From Euprymna scolopes (taxonomy: Eukaryota), in the NCBI GenBank assembly GCA_053919585.1, contig CM132802.1: 64,000 nt of DNA; one strand, given 5' to 3'. Below the pieces are notes generated by a model that was not told the origin of the DNA, ran no database searches, and saw only the letters and a program-made list of their open reading frames with translations. Below, in pieces: positions 1-14,198 of the stretch; within the stretch, counting starts at the first letter, position 1; the number at the start of each line of letters is the position of its first letter. The position numbers and the translations under genes are program-made.

Positions 1-62
1 AGCTTAGTGTCCAATAATCTAGTAACTTAGTGTCCAATAATTTGGTAGCTTACACTCCAAGA
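1..62. repeat. Short tandem repeat, 23-bp period, about 2.7 copies
   Basis: agcttagtgtccaataatctagt / aacttagtgtccaataatttggt / agcttacactccaaga. Confidence 0.7.
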
Positions 63-1229
63 TTCTGCAGAATAGTTTAAAAAAAAGAAAAAGAAATTGT
101 TAGGGGGTGCCGATTGTTCAAGTGCTTACATATTTTTTTAAAATATTTTATTTGCCCAAGTTGTGTGTGATTTACTCGAGAACATGATTAAAAAAAACAA
201 CAACCAAAAACTACCTTTTCTTGTCCAACTTATGTATTTACGATTATTTTATTTGTATTTTTATTGCAAGTAGGAATTGTCTTCAAACAAAAAAAAAACA
301 ATGCATTCATGGTTTTCTATTATACAATAATACTACTCGATTTACATATAAAAAAAAAACAATATCTATGTTAGTTTACGTACTAACCGAGCATAATTTG
401 CATCCTAAAAGAAAAAAAATCAAATTCTAGTTTTGGGGCCGAATACGCTTCAACGGCCCTTAAAGATGATATAAAAGAAGGATTTGTTTTTAAATAATTA
501 AAATTTAACATTTTAGCGTGGGCGGATCACTTTCCTATATGAATTTAATGTACAATGAGACCCCATTTGTTGGCGCCGTAGAAAGACATCCAGCTGTTAG
601 GATTTGTTCAAGTTTGACGACTGGCAGTAGTAAGTGGACATAGGGCGGGGGTAGGGTAATGAGATGCAAACATTTAAAACCTACGTAGAAACACTTTAAA
701 ACGTGTGTGTGGAGATTATTTTTTTTATTATTTGATTTGCTTTAAAAATGACTCACCGTTCAATACGACATTATAATCAGTTAATTATTGTTTCCTGATA
801 TTAAAAGGCTGTTAACACACACACACACACACACACAGACATACACACAGGGACGCATACAAACTGTAAAATGAACACACCCTCGTAATTATTTTCGTTT
901 TGAATTTTTTTTTCTTTTTCAAACGGAATACGCCCGTCTTATATAAAAGATTTTTAATTTAATCTAAGGAAAATCTGATGTATTCGCTGGTCGCAACGTT
1001 TGTTTTCGAACGCGCGTGCATTCAATTCTTTTTCCTGCGCGAAATTGTGTCTTGTTTTCACTGGTCGCAACTTTTGTTTTCACGCACACATGCATTTAAT
1101 TCCTGGACGTTTATATATACATTTTTTATACTCCCTTTTACTTATATATATATATATTTTAATTCTGTATAATCACTATTCGATTGCTTGCTATAACATA
1201 TACTGAACCAACGAGTTACGAGTAGGCTA

Positions 1230-1231
<2 letters not shown>

Positions 1232-1298
<67 letters not shown>
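1232..1298. repeat. Compound (CA)n(TA)n microsatellite
   Basis: Seen directly; one of many (TA)n tracts in the window. Confidence 0.95.
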
Positions 1299-1302
<4 letters not shown>

Positions 1303-2401
1303 AGGGATTATTTCACCAACAAGAAGAGGAGGGGGTAAGAAAATGCAGTAAGGGCTTGCAACGAAATAGTGACGTTGCTTACAAGCAGTATTTTCTTTTC
1401 TTGTAATGGTAACAATTAACTGGTAACGTTTGCAGAACAACAGTAACGAGGTAATCAGTCTAAGAGACGCCAACCGACTAGCAAGCTAGGTAAGTAGCTT
1501 CTTAACTAATCACTAACCCGTAGTGAAACAATTCCTTTCATACATACTTACTCTCAGTGGCGAGAACTCCAATGTGATTGCCAACGAGATTAGAATGTCT
1601 ATTTAAATTAGTAGGAAATAGACACCCAGTTTTTCAGTAACGGCAAAACAGCAGTTCAGTGTATTTTCTTCCCTACGACCCAACCCCAGTAAGTCAANNN
1701 NNNNNNNNNNNNNNNNNNNNNNNNNNNNNNNNNNNNNNNNNNNNNNNNNNNNNNNNNNNNNNNNNNNNNNNNNNNNNNNNNNNNNNNNNNNNNNNNNNNN
1801 NNNNNNNNNNNNNNNNNNNNNNNNNNNNNNNGGGGGTTGTTGTATTATTCTGTAGTTATTGTTCCGAAGATCAATCAGAGGTCAGCCAAATATTTTATGT
1901 CGATAAGCCCATAGGAAAGCCGGAAATCTTTTTTAGCCGCGCAAACATCGACGCACGAACGTAGCATTTCAAAGTTTGATTATATCTGTTGAAATTTGCT
2001 AGCTACGATTGGCCAGAAAATGTCACGTGCTAATCCCAAGTATTCTTTTTCTTCGTTTTCTGCAGACGTAAGCTTATTGATTGATTTTATTACAGTGCGA
2101 TCTTTCGCGTGCCGCTTTCTTTGTTGGTAACCCATTTCGTGCACCTTTTGTATATTTATCTTGTTTTCCTTCTCCTCACTTAGTGTCCTACGGGGTGTCT
2201 GATATTTTATACTAAGTGTTAATCACACACGGCACAGCGAGAAGAAAGTCACTTAAAACTTAATTATATGTACTTTCTCATAACACCATTTACACATATA
2301 TTAACTAATACATTATGACTAGAACGATACATTTGTCGCCCTTAGTAAACACCACTACAGCGTTATTTTGAAGCAGCTAATGAAATAATCAACTAAGGCA
2401 A

Positions 2402-3008
2402 TGTAGTAGTAGTGACATCTATTCAATGTAGCCGCCTTCAGCCTCAATCACCAGTTCGATACGAACCCGGAACTTTGACCATGCCTTTTCGACATCGCCA
2501 GGGGAGCTCAACTAATACTCTGGGAATACTTGGCTTATGGCTGCGATCAGGCGGTTTTGGTGTTGTGGGAGGTCATTTTGTTGTTGTTCTCAACGTATAA
2601 CCAAACGAAGTAGCCCAATGGGTTCAGATCCTGGAAGAAGGGGGGTCAGGTATATAAGGGTACAAATCGTAGCACTTCTTTTGAAGCCAAGTTCTCTTGG
2701 CACACCCTAGGTCTGCTAGCCGCCAATAGTTGCACAAAGAAATCACCAAACTCTAGCACATCCAGGTACACTAAGGTGTTGACTTCGAAAAAGTGAGGTG
2801 GCAATGTCGCCCTACTTAGAAACAACATAAGACCGTAACCGTGGACGGAAACTTCGTTGATCTGTGCTCCTAAGCATTGAATCGTCAAGATTGGAAATTT
2901 GAGCGTGCTGGCAAGGTTCTGTTTAATAAGTTGGATCAGAATAGACCATCGGTTGTATAACGTCGCATCTCCGATCTCGATCGCTGAACATTGTGTCACT
3001 GTAAGACA
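2402..3008 (+). mobile_element. Possible solo LTR
   Basis: TGTAGTAGTAGTGACA...TGTCACTGTAAGACA imperfect inverted termini (TG...CA), GC-richer than flanks, TATA-like GTATATAAGG at ~2650; no TSD seen. Confidence 0.3.
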
Positions 3009-3714
3009 TGATAGAAGGATTATATCGTTCATGGGTTTTTTACCCCACTGGCCAGCTTCTAGATAGTATAAGAATAAATAAGTAAACAATTTTCATCGAG
3101 TGGAAATGGAATCATGGCTTTTCTATATTTATATTGTGCCAATAATTAAAGAAGAAATTATAAACTAGTAAACTTAAGTTTTTTTTTACAAGATAATGTT
3201 TAATGTGGACATCCGGTATTCAACACGACACACAACATTTATTTAGACTAATCGATTCGCCGGTCAAAACCATTAACATCATTTTCGCTAAATGATATTG
3301 TTTCGGTCTTGAGCAAAACTTAATATGCCAGAATGATGTACAGTCCTAGCATATATCTACCCGCATGCTTTACATCTTTTTTCTTGGGGGCAGTAACTTT
3401 CTTCCCTATCACCTCTCACGCCTCTACCGGAGAATTCCGAAGAGTTTCCTGAACCTTTTTATTCGGGGATCGGTACACAACCTTTCGATCGTCATACCTT
3501 ATAAAAACTCGACATTCACTCAGATGTTATCCTGTTACTTTAGAAGTACACAGATGTATAAATTCTACTGGTGTGCAAGCACATATAAAGACAGGAAACT
3601 GACTCGAAGACACTGGTTAATAAGTGTTATTGCGTCAGTGAGGCAGTACCGTAATATTCAGCGAAATCTTATTTATTTACCCTAGATGTCCACAAATGCT
3701 GAAAAGAATTATTT

Positions 3715-3860
3715 ATCTACTAGAGAGTCACCACTTATCAAGGCTCGAAAGTCATCAAGGAGACAGGTTAATGAGTGTAATTGAATCAGTCATTGAAAAG
3801 CGTAGTAATATTTTATGAGGGGAATTGGAAAAATTATATTATTTAGGAGGCGGCTCAATA
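3715..3860 (-). mobile_element. CR1/Zenon-like LINE 3' end fragment
   Basis: gagtcaccacttatcaagg matches the 3' terminus of the LINE copies at 15608 and 51237. Confidence 0.6.
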
Positions 3861-4244
3861 CCGACTTGTTTATTGTAATTAAAGTCGTACATGTTGTAGA
3901 CAGCTGGAAAATTGGTAAACTGAACGGTGCCACATTGGCTGCAATTCTTGGATTAAAGTCTTTCCTTATGGAAATTGTGTCTTGATTTTATGACAAACAG
4001 TGAGTTCATAGGTGGTCGTAGCTATACAGGTGCTTGTTGTGAAACATTTTTTTCTACATTTTATAATATATTTCTTTAAAGAACATGCGCAGAGAATTAG
4101 CTTTCGACTCCCTGTTTTTTTTTACATGTAAAACAGCAGTGAAATGCTTATTAAGATTTAAATAAAATGTGAATCATCTCACTGGACAACCCCCGATTTA
4201 TAAATAAGAAGTACTCGTTTATGCGCCAGTGGTAATATGCCTGT

Positions 4245-5141
4245 TATGGTGAAGTTTTCAAACTTTTTTCGTATACACAGTTTTATAGATAGTACACACA
4301 TAAAACTCTAGTCCCCTTCGCAGTAATCTCTTTCGGTTACAATGCACTTGTTGTGCCGTTCAACTACTTCTGGAATGATTCAGAGAAGTCCTCTCCTGTG
4401 AGCGTGTCGATGATCTTAGTACAATCTTTGTTGTCGCATAATGATATCTTACGATGTTTTCCCTGAGCTTAGGGATTACCGAAGACCACAAAAAGCAAAG
4501 TTTAGACTATGACGCAGGTGGGAAATTGTGTTGATGCAAATCTTTGTAAAATCGTCTGTAACAAGGATGGATTTGTGGACTGGTGAATACAAGCACATCT
4601 TCAGCACATTCAGTTTCTCACAAATACTTATATTTACATTTCCTACACAGACGCCAAACCACACGACGTTATTTATTAATTCGTATTAGACTAATCAACA
4701 CACGTGTTCTGACTTCCTTAGCAATACCACACTTTTCATAATGTCTCATAGACTCTTTGCATCCTTGAATTTCGTATGCCACTAAAAAATATGCCCGATT
4801 CATGCAAGACGTCAAAAAGCAGTCTGAACCATCCCATACGTTTTTTTGGCAGTTTTCATGTTTTAAACAAAACTTTATTGTATATCGTTCTTCTAAAGTG
4901 CTCCCAAGTCCAGCTGGCATTAGGGTTAATGCAATTCGGCAGTTGTAACGATCAAGTTTTAAAACGTTAAAACGGGGTATTCTAATTTCTGCCGTAGCTG
5001 TTCATTTGAATATGAAATAATAAAACTTGGTTAATCATCTCATAGATTATGTAGCAATACGATACTGGATTTTCAAGAGTTCACGGCAATTTGAAATCCT
5101 TGTACAAAAAAGTATTGGAATCTATTGAAGGCACAACCTGT
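4245..5141 (-). mobile_element. Decayed mariner-family DNA transposon
   Basis: Minus strand reads TLEERYTIKFCLK...SCMNRA...KESMRHYEKCGIAKEVRT, the Mos1-type N-terminal HTH region; frameshifted and internally deleted; ends in TA. Confidence 0.75.
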
Positions 5142-5146
5142 ATATA

Positions 5147-5892
5147 TCTTCTCTTCTATTCTTCTTCTCTTCTATTCTTCTATCTTCTTCTTCTATTCTA
5201 TCTATCTTCTTCTATTCTATATAAATAAAATGAACTCATTTTTTCCCGTGTGATTGTGACCTTAATAGGATTAAAAATCAAGATATTTCATGCAAATATA
5301 ATATGCACAAGCGGCAGAACAATATCTGAGGTGTGTTATAGGCTTATTATTTCTCAAATTCCTCGATAATCTTAGATTTCTATACTTTTTCTGCTGAGAA
5401 GTCACGACCAAAATCGGTTAAAATCAATGGAAGTAGTAAAATATTTTCTCTCTAATAAATTCCTCCTCCCCCTGCCACCACTTAACACCGTTTGGGGATC
5501 GTTCACAAGGAACAGTTGAGAAGAGAACACCGGTTTGGCTTCGTAGTTCTTTCATGTGAAGTTATTTAAAATCACTAATCTAAGCTGCAGTGCTCTGTGG
5601 CATAGTGGTTAGCGTGCTGGACAATTCCCATAATATTTTCACGTTCGCGCCGACCTACCGTAGTCGTTTTTTTTGTTTTTTTTTTCCTAAACAACTGGAA
5701 TGGACTTTTCTTGGTGGCCGAACTGTTAACGTTGCAGATGTTTTTTTTTGTTTGTTTTGTTTCACACTTTATTTTCCTACTTTTACTCATGACTCCGGGT
5801 TTGATCCTTCCTACTTACCTACCATCACATTTTTTAAAACTCCCCCCCGTCCTGGAAACAAACACTCAGGCAACGCCGGGTACCTTCGCTAG
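5147..5892 (+). mobile_element. Non-autonomous Helitron, family A
   Basis: A|TC 5' start with (TCTTC/TCTAT) repeats then TATATAAATAAAA; 3' GGCAACGCCGGG hairpin region then CTAG|T; homologous to 36359-39273. Confidence 0.75.
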
Positions 5893-5906
5893 TATATATA
5901 TATATG

Positions 5907-5964
<58 letters not shown>

Positions 5965-6131
5965 AATAAAAATCAATACGAAAAATATATGAATGTTTTT
6001 ATATTTTCTGTTTTTTATTTCCTGTGTGTTGACGTGTAGGAATACAAAAAGTATTTTGAAAAAAAAAAAACAAGAATGTTCCCTTCAAAAGCACATATTT
6101 TCGACCGATCCTTCGATCTTTCTCAGTGTGA

Positions 6132-6174
<43 letters not shown>

Positions 6175-7863
6175 CGCCCATGAGCCATGTGGTATTTAGT
6201 TTAATTTTGTTCGCACAAATGTGTATAATGGAAATATTATGGATTGAGATGTCGTAGGGCAAACGCACTGCGATTGTACGAGCTAACATATTAGCAGGTG
6301 ACGTAGGAGGAGAGATGTGTGAAAATCGAGACCACTTAGACGGCAAAGAAAACCTTTAGAAACTCTAGGCTTATAATATATCCTAAGAAAGGTACAGACA
6401 GAAGAGATCCGCATCTACTTAAGGCACATTCTCTCAACTCGGTTTAAGCTCGCACTTTTTTTAAACAGTACTAAATTAAAGCACAGCTGAACATTGAATT
6501 GAAAATCGAAGAACATTGATTTATTAACGTGACATTCACAAATAAGTTCACCAATATGTCAGGAAAAATTACCCTGTTTACCTTTTATTCAAAATGAAAG
6601 TCATTCCTAATATTATTCTTAGTTGTTTTGACTTTGTTAAAGGATAGTTACTTACATCCACCGTTTATCGAGATGTCGCTGTAATTAATGGCGAGTCGGT
6701 GAAATTAGATACAACCATTCTTTTTAATTTAATTAACGTTCTTATCAATATACTTCATATTTTTTCGTGTAAATAAAAGGACCTTTCAAAATTAAAGCGT
6801 ATAGTATTCAAGAACTACAAAACTCAAACCTTCAAGAGCTACAAAAACGGAAATGGTACCAGTGAAACAAGGGACATTTCGTGCTTAAAACATATTATTG
6901 TATTTTACGACATAGTCAATGCACTTTTGCTAGCCTCTTTTGATATCCTGGCCGTCAAAGCCGAAACGTAGTTTGCATCTTACATGACTGTCGCAACAAT
7001 GTAATCGACGAACCCATCTCCTAACTCTGTTGATACAAAATCCATCGGATATGGAAACGATCAATATGTAGCGGTGAATGTTTATCAGTCCCTTTTAAAT
7101 TCGTTTGTGGAGAAATTCAATGAAATATATCTTCTTCAGTTGCCTGTCCATGACAGAGGTTGCGTTCTTACATCTTAAGCCGATATCTGAAACAGAGAGA
7201 TAAAATATTCAGCTCATGACTGTATGTTCAGTCGTCTAAATAATGTAATCTGAATCCTTGTATGTAGTCCATTAGTCATAATGAAAAAAAGGAGTTATTA
7301 CATTTGGAATGCCTCTCATGTATACATGCATTATTAAGTAAGCGTTTTACTGTCAATTTAATTGTAACTGAGATGTTCACAGGACAACATTGGATTGCAA
7401 ATCGAGAAGGGTCACTGTGAAACGGGATAAGTCGAAGTCACACGGCCGTTGATACAAGGGGTCAGTGCAGTTATCTATATAACTATAGTGTTGAGTTTAT
7501 TTAGCGATCTGACATCGTTATTAAAGGAGTAATTTTCCTAGTTAAAAATTATTAAAACGAACTTCTTAATATAATCAGTCATTAAGAAGGTTAAGTAATT
7601 TGCACATTCTTTGAAAAACAAGCGTCCATCGATTAATTACTTTTTATTTTTTATTTTTACTTATTAGATCTTTGTTTGACATTTATTTCTGTATAGTTTA
7701 GGCATTGCGCACAATTGTGNNNNNNNNNNNNNNNNNNNNNNNNNNNNNNNNNNNNNNNNNNNNNNNNNNNNNNNNNNNNNNNNNNNNNNNNNNNNNNNNN
7801 NNNNNNNNNNNNNNNNNNNNNNNNNNNNNNNNNNNNNNNNNNNNNNNNNNNNNNNNNNNNNNN

Positions 7864-8139
7864 ATCAAGGCACGGAAGCCACTCAGGGATAAGGGTTATT
7901 GCAAGTACATTACGTTAGTGTGGAGATTTGATGAAGTGTTTACTTAAGGGGGCGGTTCATTAGGAATTTCTTAACGTTGGATTTGAAGACATCCAAGTTG
8001 TAGTCCGGTGGGAAGCAGGCAGACGGAACAGAGTTCCACAGGCGTGCAGTTCTAGGAAAGAAGCTTTGTTCATGGAATCCACGTTTTGATTTAGGCACAG
8101 ATATAGAGTGGGGGACAATTTTCACAGTGGATTCACAGT

Positions 8140-8141
<2 letters not shown>
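7864..8141 (-). mobile_element. CR1/Zenon-like LINE, 5'-truncated 3' fragment
   Basis: FHEQSFFPRTARLWNSVPSACFPPDYNLDVFKSNV C-terminus, same as the 51.3-51.5 kb copy. Confidence 0.85.
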
Positions 8142-8198
<57 letters not shown>

Positions 8199-9054
8199 AA
8201 AGATACTTTTGTATAAAAATAAACATTCATAAATACACTATAGATTTCACAATATTTTCTAAGTAAATCAATATCGATTAATTTCAAAAGAAAAACAAAA
8301 TAAAATATTAAATAACGCATATCTTGTTGATCGATATACTAAAATGAATACAATTCACGAATTACCTAAATTTATATTTGGCGACTACAGTGAAATTAAA
8401 TGATTACGCAACACATTGACAAATACCGACAACTTCGCTTTCGATTTTCAGATTTTGTAATCATTCTTATATTCTTTTATTTTCTGTAAAAGTTGATAAA
8501 TTCTTGTCTACTTATGAGTTAGGAGCAGAATAATTTAACAAATTAACATAATAACTATTTGAAGTATTCTGCATTACGAAGCAGCTGCTGACATGGATTG
8601 AATTAAAAGTACTTAAAGAAATAAAGGGTAACCTGGTCAACATGTTGAGATCTTTAACAAAAAATTTGTCATTTATTTGTATATTCTCTGTAGTTACATT
8701 GAGCTTCATAAATAATAGGATTCGTATAAATAAAATGTGAAATGACTTTGATGGTATGTTGTCGATAGTCTCTTCAAAACTTCTCCCTGAATATGCGGTC
8801 TACAGTTGATATTTAATATGTAAATATTTTGATTTGTAGCAGAATTTCTATTTAGTTTTNNNNNNNNNNNNNNNNNNNNNNNNNNNNNNNNNNNNNNNNN
8901 NNNNNNNNNNNNNNNNNNNNNNNNNNNNNNNNNNNNNNNNNNNNNNNNNNNNNNNNNNNNNNNNNNNNNNNNNNNNNNNNNNNNNNNNNNNNNNNNNNNN
9001 NNNNNNNNNNNNNNNNNNNNNNNNNNNNNNNNNNNNNNNNNNNNNNNNNNNNNN

Positions 9055-9316
9055 TATTATTATTACTGTTATTATTCCTATTATTATTGTTATTTTATTA
9101 TCAATATTATTACTACTACTATTATTATTAGAACTATTATTATTACCATTATTATTACTATTATTATTACTAATATTATTACTATTATTATTACTATTAT
9201 TAATACTATTATTATTACTAATATTATTACTAATATTATTACTATTATTATTACTATTATTATTACTATTATTATTACTAATATAATTACTATTATTATT
9301 ATTAATATTATTATTT
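9055..9316. repeat. Degenerate (ATT)n/(ACT)n trinucleotide tract
   Basis: Seen directly; source of the spurious poly-Asn ORF. Confidence 0.9.
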
Positions 9317-10695
9317 AATGGGTGCATCATAATAATAAATAGACACTTTGCTCTATAATAATACCCACGGAATCTGCATGAATTAAAATATTTTAGCGTA
9401 TTATGGATCGGCCAACCCTGGACAACCGGCTAATGTATTCAAGTCATAATGTTTCTAAATGCTAGTAATCTGACTTAAAACGTATTTATCGGTGGGTAAA
9501 AATAGCGTCCGGAAAAATGCTATTTTTCTGTCTCGGCGTAAAATCTTCAGTAGTTCACGAGTTTAAATAATCCGGAATATTTCATGTTTTATTAGTTCAT
9601 GTTATCTCTATCTGTTATCTCTATCTTTAGTTCTGCTAGGACCTGTGCGTGTGTTTGCATGTGAGGGTGCGTTACGTATGGAGTTAAACACGTCTGGACA
9701 TATTTTTTATGCAAGATCACAACAATGTATGTTATGTATGTAAAAAGGTTTGTTGTGTTTTTTTCTTTTAGATATGATTTGCATCGGGATATCTTTTATA
9801 AGTATTGAACATCGATGATCGAAATAATCTGATGAAAGAAGTTACACTCCATTTTAAAGAAAGTTAACACCTTGCACAGTTTAACATCACAATTTGAGAA
9901 GTTTGTTTTACAACACAATTTTAAAGGCCAAAGATATAAACTAAACAGTGGGTTGTTTAATATGACAGGGAGTATTCGAAATACATCTGCACGTTTGAAA
10001 CTTAAACTCTAATTCAAGCTATTATAACCTAACAAGCAGTAAGATATACTGTTATATTATGTAATGCGATGAATGGTGAGTTCTTATCTAGCTGGGTGTG
10101 TTCTCTAATTTCCTTAACTACTTTCATTTAACTATCTTGTTTACAAGCCGTACTTGTAAAATCGCTGCCGTCTAGAAATGTCTCCTAGTGTGTGGATATA
10201 TGTGTGAACATATAAACCGAATACATAAATATGACGTGACGTACTTGGTCCTCTTTGGCGGTGGAGGACTGCTCATCGACATCTTCGGAGTTTACTCTAC
10301 TAAACAAATACAAACGCATGGCAAACGAACACTACACGATGATTATTTTTTTTTTAATATTTCTTATTCGACTCCACAGGTATAATCTCGGCAAACTGCA
10401 ATGGATCGACGATCTTGGCATGCGGACAACCCGGCTCCCCCTTTTTGAGAAGACCTTGGTTCTTACATCTTGTTATCCTTCGTGTCTAGAAACCAAGTCA
10501 AATCAAATTTACAAAATTTCCCCACACCCGAAATATTTTGCACGTCAGGTCCAGTCCTATCTACCTTATTTCCGGTGCAAAATTTGGTCGGTCATAGAGT
10601 TTGATCTATGTTAATCATGATACCCTGACTTTTCTTTGCATTTGCCAATTTCGCTAACTTTACTGTTTCTCACGATTGTTATTATTGATCTAGAT

Positions 10696-10765
<70 letters not shown>

Positions 10766-10777
10766 AATTCTGAATAA

Positions 10778-10900
10778 TTAGGTGCTTTACCGGCGTTGTC
10801 CGGCGGCTACAAACAGTGACATCAAAAGTATGCTTTTCGGTATGACAAAGACGCAGTCGAAATAAATGCTTCTGTTTAGAACATAATTGAAACACGATAC
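10778..10900 (-). mobile_element. Helitron-type 3' terminus
   Basis: Minus strand GCCGGACAACGCCGGTAAAGCACCTAA|T: CCGG/CCGG hairpin followed by CTAA, like the other Helitron ends in the window. Confidence 0.45.
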
Positions 10901-11550
10901 TTGAATTTTAAAGTTACACCTCAATACATCCATTATCTATAAAATCAATTTACTAAAAACAACATGACCTTCCAGACTGTTTAATATAGTCTATAATTTA
11001 TTGTGGAAAATATCTCCGCGGGGGAATTTATAGCTTTCTCCTGGTAACCCCATGATGGGTCCACAACTTAAGCAGGGAATCAATCAATTTGATTGAAAAT
11101 GGGCGACATCTCAGGTTTCAATGACAATAAATAAATATAGGAGTGTCATGCACCATTATTTGTTTTATCAATTCTATCAATCATCATTCAAGAACATCAA
11201 TGTCGGGTCTCTCTGCTAGTACGGAATAATCGACAAAATATTATTAGTTAAAGTATTAAACAAACGTGAGCACTGATATAACGAACATCTTTATAAATGA
11301 AGTTGTGTTAATATTATGCGTTAAGGTTATGGTGAGTATTATTTTCTAATAAATTATTAATTAGTACAGATGATTAAATAAAGAGAATTATCAGTAAAAT
11401 AAAAGAAAATTTACATGAAAATTGAAATGATCTGAAGTAATAATTATAAGAATTTACGAAACTTTTATGGAGATAAAAGTAAACAGAGGTAACCGTTCGT
11501 TTTGAAGTACTTTTATTGAATACCTAATTTAGCTTTGAAAAACACTGCTT

Positions 11551-11614
<64 letters not shown>

Positions 11615-11615
<1 letters not shown>

Positions 11616-12024
11616 TAGCAAAAGTCCCCGCCGTTGACTGGGTTCAAAAACAGCCTACATAAAATGGACTCTGATTTATCAAAGTATGATAGGTTATAAA
11701 AAGGAAGGGTTGTAAAGAGATAGCTTCGAATTTGGGCGTATCAAAACCAAAGCAAAATATGATGAAAGTAAAAATAAAATAGATAAACCCCATAATTTAT
11801 TATACCATACCTGTTCACACTGAAACACTGATCACAATATTCTCTGGATATATATTAAAAAAACTTGTTAAACTTTGTGACATATTTACATTCTATGGAG
11901 GTCAGGCGCGAACGAACATCTCATAATTTTATTATACCATATTTCCTCAAACTGAAACATAATTATCAAAGTATACTTGCGCAGATGGATATGAAAAGTC
12001 TTTATTAAAGTTTGTGCCTTTAAC
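11615..12024 (-). mobile_element. Non-autonomous Helitron, family C
   Basis: Minus-strand end ACCCAGTCAACGGCGGGGACTTTTGCTAG|T next to (TA)n; close homologues at 42953-43654 and 47300-47997; internal ~135-bp repeats. Confidence 0.75.
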
Positions 12025-12201
12025 GTTAATGATGTCGTACACATGTGTCACTCCAGGGCATCTTTGAAATTCACCGCGTTTATCAAAATTTAAAATTTCT
12101 CTAATCAGATACAATACCACAACTACAACCTCCTCCCCCTATAATGGTTTTAAAATATTGTCTATCTGATGTACTACAGTAACAGGATATTTTTTAGAAT
12201 A

Positions 12202-12722
12202 TTTTCTTTTTTACATAGGGATAACTTATTATCAAGGTCATGAGATCACTTTAGGATAAGGATTATTCAGTGTACAGTAGGCTCTGGGATTAAACTATAT
12301 TAATAGTTAGTAGTAGATATTTGGTAAATTAGATTACTTAAGGTGACAGTACATCAAGAATTTGTTTACGTTGGATATGAAGACTACCAAATTGTAGTCA
12401 AGTGAAAAACAGGCAAACGGAAGAGCGTTTTACAAGTTTGCAAGGTAAACGGAAGAGCCTTCCACAGGTGTGCAGTTCTAAGAAAGAAGCTTTGTTCATG
12501 GAATCTACGTGTTGGTTAAGGCGCACATAAGGAGTGGAGAAATTTATTGACAGTGGTTTTAGCTAGAGGAGTGTTTTTCGTGAAAGATGGCAGAGGAGGA
12601 ACCATAGATTGGAGCTTAGACGAGCATTTTCCATGGAAATAATGATAAAGCAGAGACAGGCTCGCAGTATCAATCCTGTTGCAAAGAGGTTGCAGGAAAG
12701 AGAAAAGGGCATCCCCCACTAA
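12202..12722 (-). mobile_element. CR1/Zenon-like LINE 3' fragment inserted in the Helitron Rep
   Basis: VGDALFSFLQPL..R...ASLSLLYHYFHGKCSS.LQS.VPP plus 3' tail; lies between Rep motifs I and II. Confidence 0.85.
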
Positions 12723-14152
12723 GCATCTATTTCCGAATCGGTTAATTGAACCACAATATGGGTAGCAACTGCTTTGATGATGCTATTCCAGTGAAATTTA
12801 TTTGCAACCCAAGTCATGAAAAAAGTTGGTCTACAATAAAAGCTTTTTCGCTAATATGTCAAGCTGCATGTTATTCCAAAACTATGGGCATCTCCGAATA
12901 ATTTTGAACGTTGGCATGTTCTTATGATCACATAGCATTTGTCGTAGGCTTTGTCTATCTTGTAAAAAAGCAAAGGAAGAATTAAAAACCTTCAGTTTTT
13001 GCTCCGAAAACAAAATGGCATAGTGAACAGATGTTCTTTCAAGTCAATCCAAAGCAAAGCATATATACTACGGTTTCGAAACAAATCTTGAATCACGATT
13101 TTGTAATTTGACATTTGGTAAATGTCTAGGAAAAGCCAGCACCACATAATGTGGCACGTCTGATGCAAATACACGGATCTGGCCTTCTCCAGGTGCAATG
13201 TATACAATGTAATAATTACGAATATCAGACCCATCTTCTATTTGCATGACATGCAACTGGCACAACTTCTTTATGTATACGGCGGGAATGAGTTGGTTGT
13301 CGTCAGAGTTTGAACCTCTCAAAACAACCTGGGCTGTGCTTTAAATAAGTAAAAAGTGCCCGTAGTTCTGCCGACAATTAGATAGCTGCACATCATGATA
13401 AAATGGGGTTATCATGTTCAACTTTCACAATCCTGATTTGACTGCACCTGACCTTATTTGTTGTGTTTATAAGGTTGTCTCTCAGAGAGCCTGCGTTTAA
13501 ATGGGAGACTGGCGAATTTCCATCACCACATGACCTTGCCAAAAACTTCGATATTTTGGTAAGATCGGTAGGAAACAAAAACGACCTGACGATTTAGTGG
13601 CACCCCACAAGAAACATATAATCCACAATCTAGTGTATCAACATTTACTTTAATGCACAAAAATCATCAAGTTCAGGGGCTTTTTCGCATAAAGAAAGGT
13701 TGTTCTCAACTCCTGCATGTGGTATATTGCCTTTCAGCATTTTTTAATTGCAGGATTGCAAATTCTGCACCGTCTTTATCCGTTAAAAGTTGGTGGCATG
13801 AAAGCTGAGAGATATTATTCTGCATGCAAAAGGCAATTATTTGATTTAAACTTTTTTCCACACCGGAGGTTGCACGTGTGACACGAATAATGTTTGCATT
13901 TTTTATGAAATTTTTTTATGGGTTGGTAAAATGCAGAATTTCAGGATCACAAGGGCAATGTCATTTACAGAATTTTTCTTTCCCACTACTGTTTCATTAG
14001 CCAATCTTCTGAGATCTGCTTTTCTGTTCTTAATTTTCAGCATTGCCTCTCCCTTTTCCTGTTCCCACAGAACTTTCTGTCATCCTCTTTTTTCCCCCGT
14101 ACATGTTTTTCCTCTTGTCGGCTTTTCTGTTCTAATCCTTCAGCTTTGCCTC

Positions 14153-14155
<3 letters not shown>

Positions 14156-14198
<43 letters not shown>
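14156..14198. repeat. (CT)n microsatellite
   Basis: Seen directly. Confidence 0.95.

Noticed and set aside
1-62. CRISPR-like repeats
   Set aside because: Adjacent tandem units without spacers, in clearly eukaryotic DNA.
1299-1677. Solo LTR bounded by TGTAGGGA…TCCCTACG
   Set aside because: Only a 7-bp inverted match, no TSD and no second copy; insufficient support.
7090-7205. Possible host exon after a strong minus-strand acceptor (tctctctgtttcag)
   Set aside because: Longest frame is ~30 aa with no recognisable similarity and no partner exons.
8848-9330. 160-aa poly-Asn ORF
   Set aside because: Translation of an (ATT)n tract plus an N gap; no coding evidence.
9760-10460. Splice-like signals (ttttag at 9770, gtgagt at 10076, ccacag at 10379)
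   Set aside because: The frames I translated contain stops and give no identifiable product.
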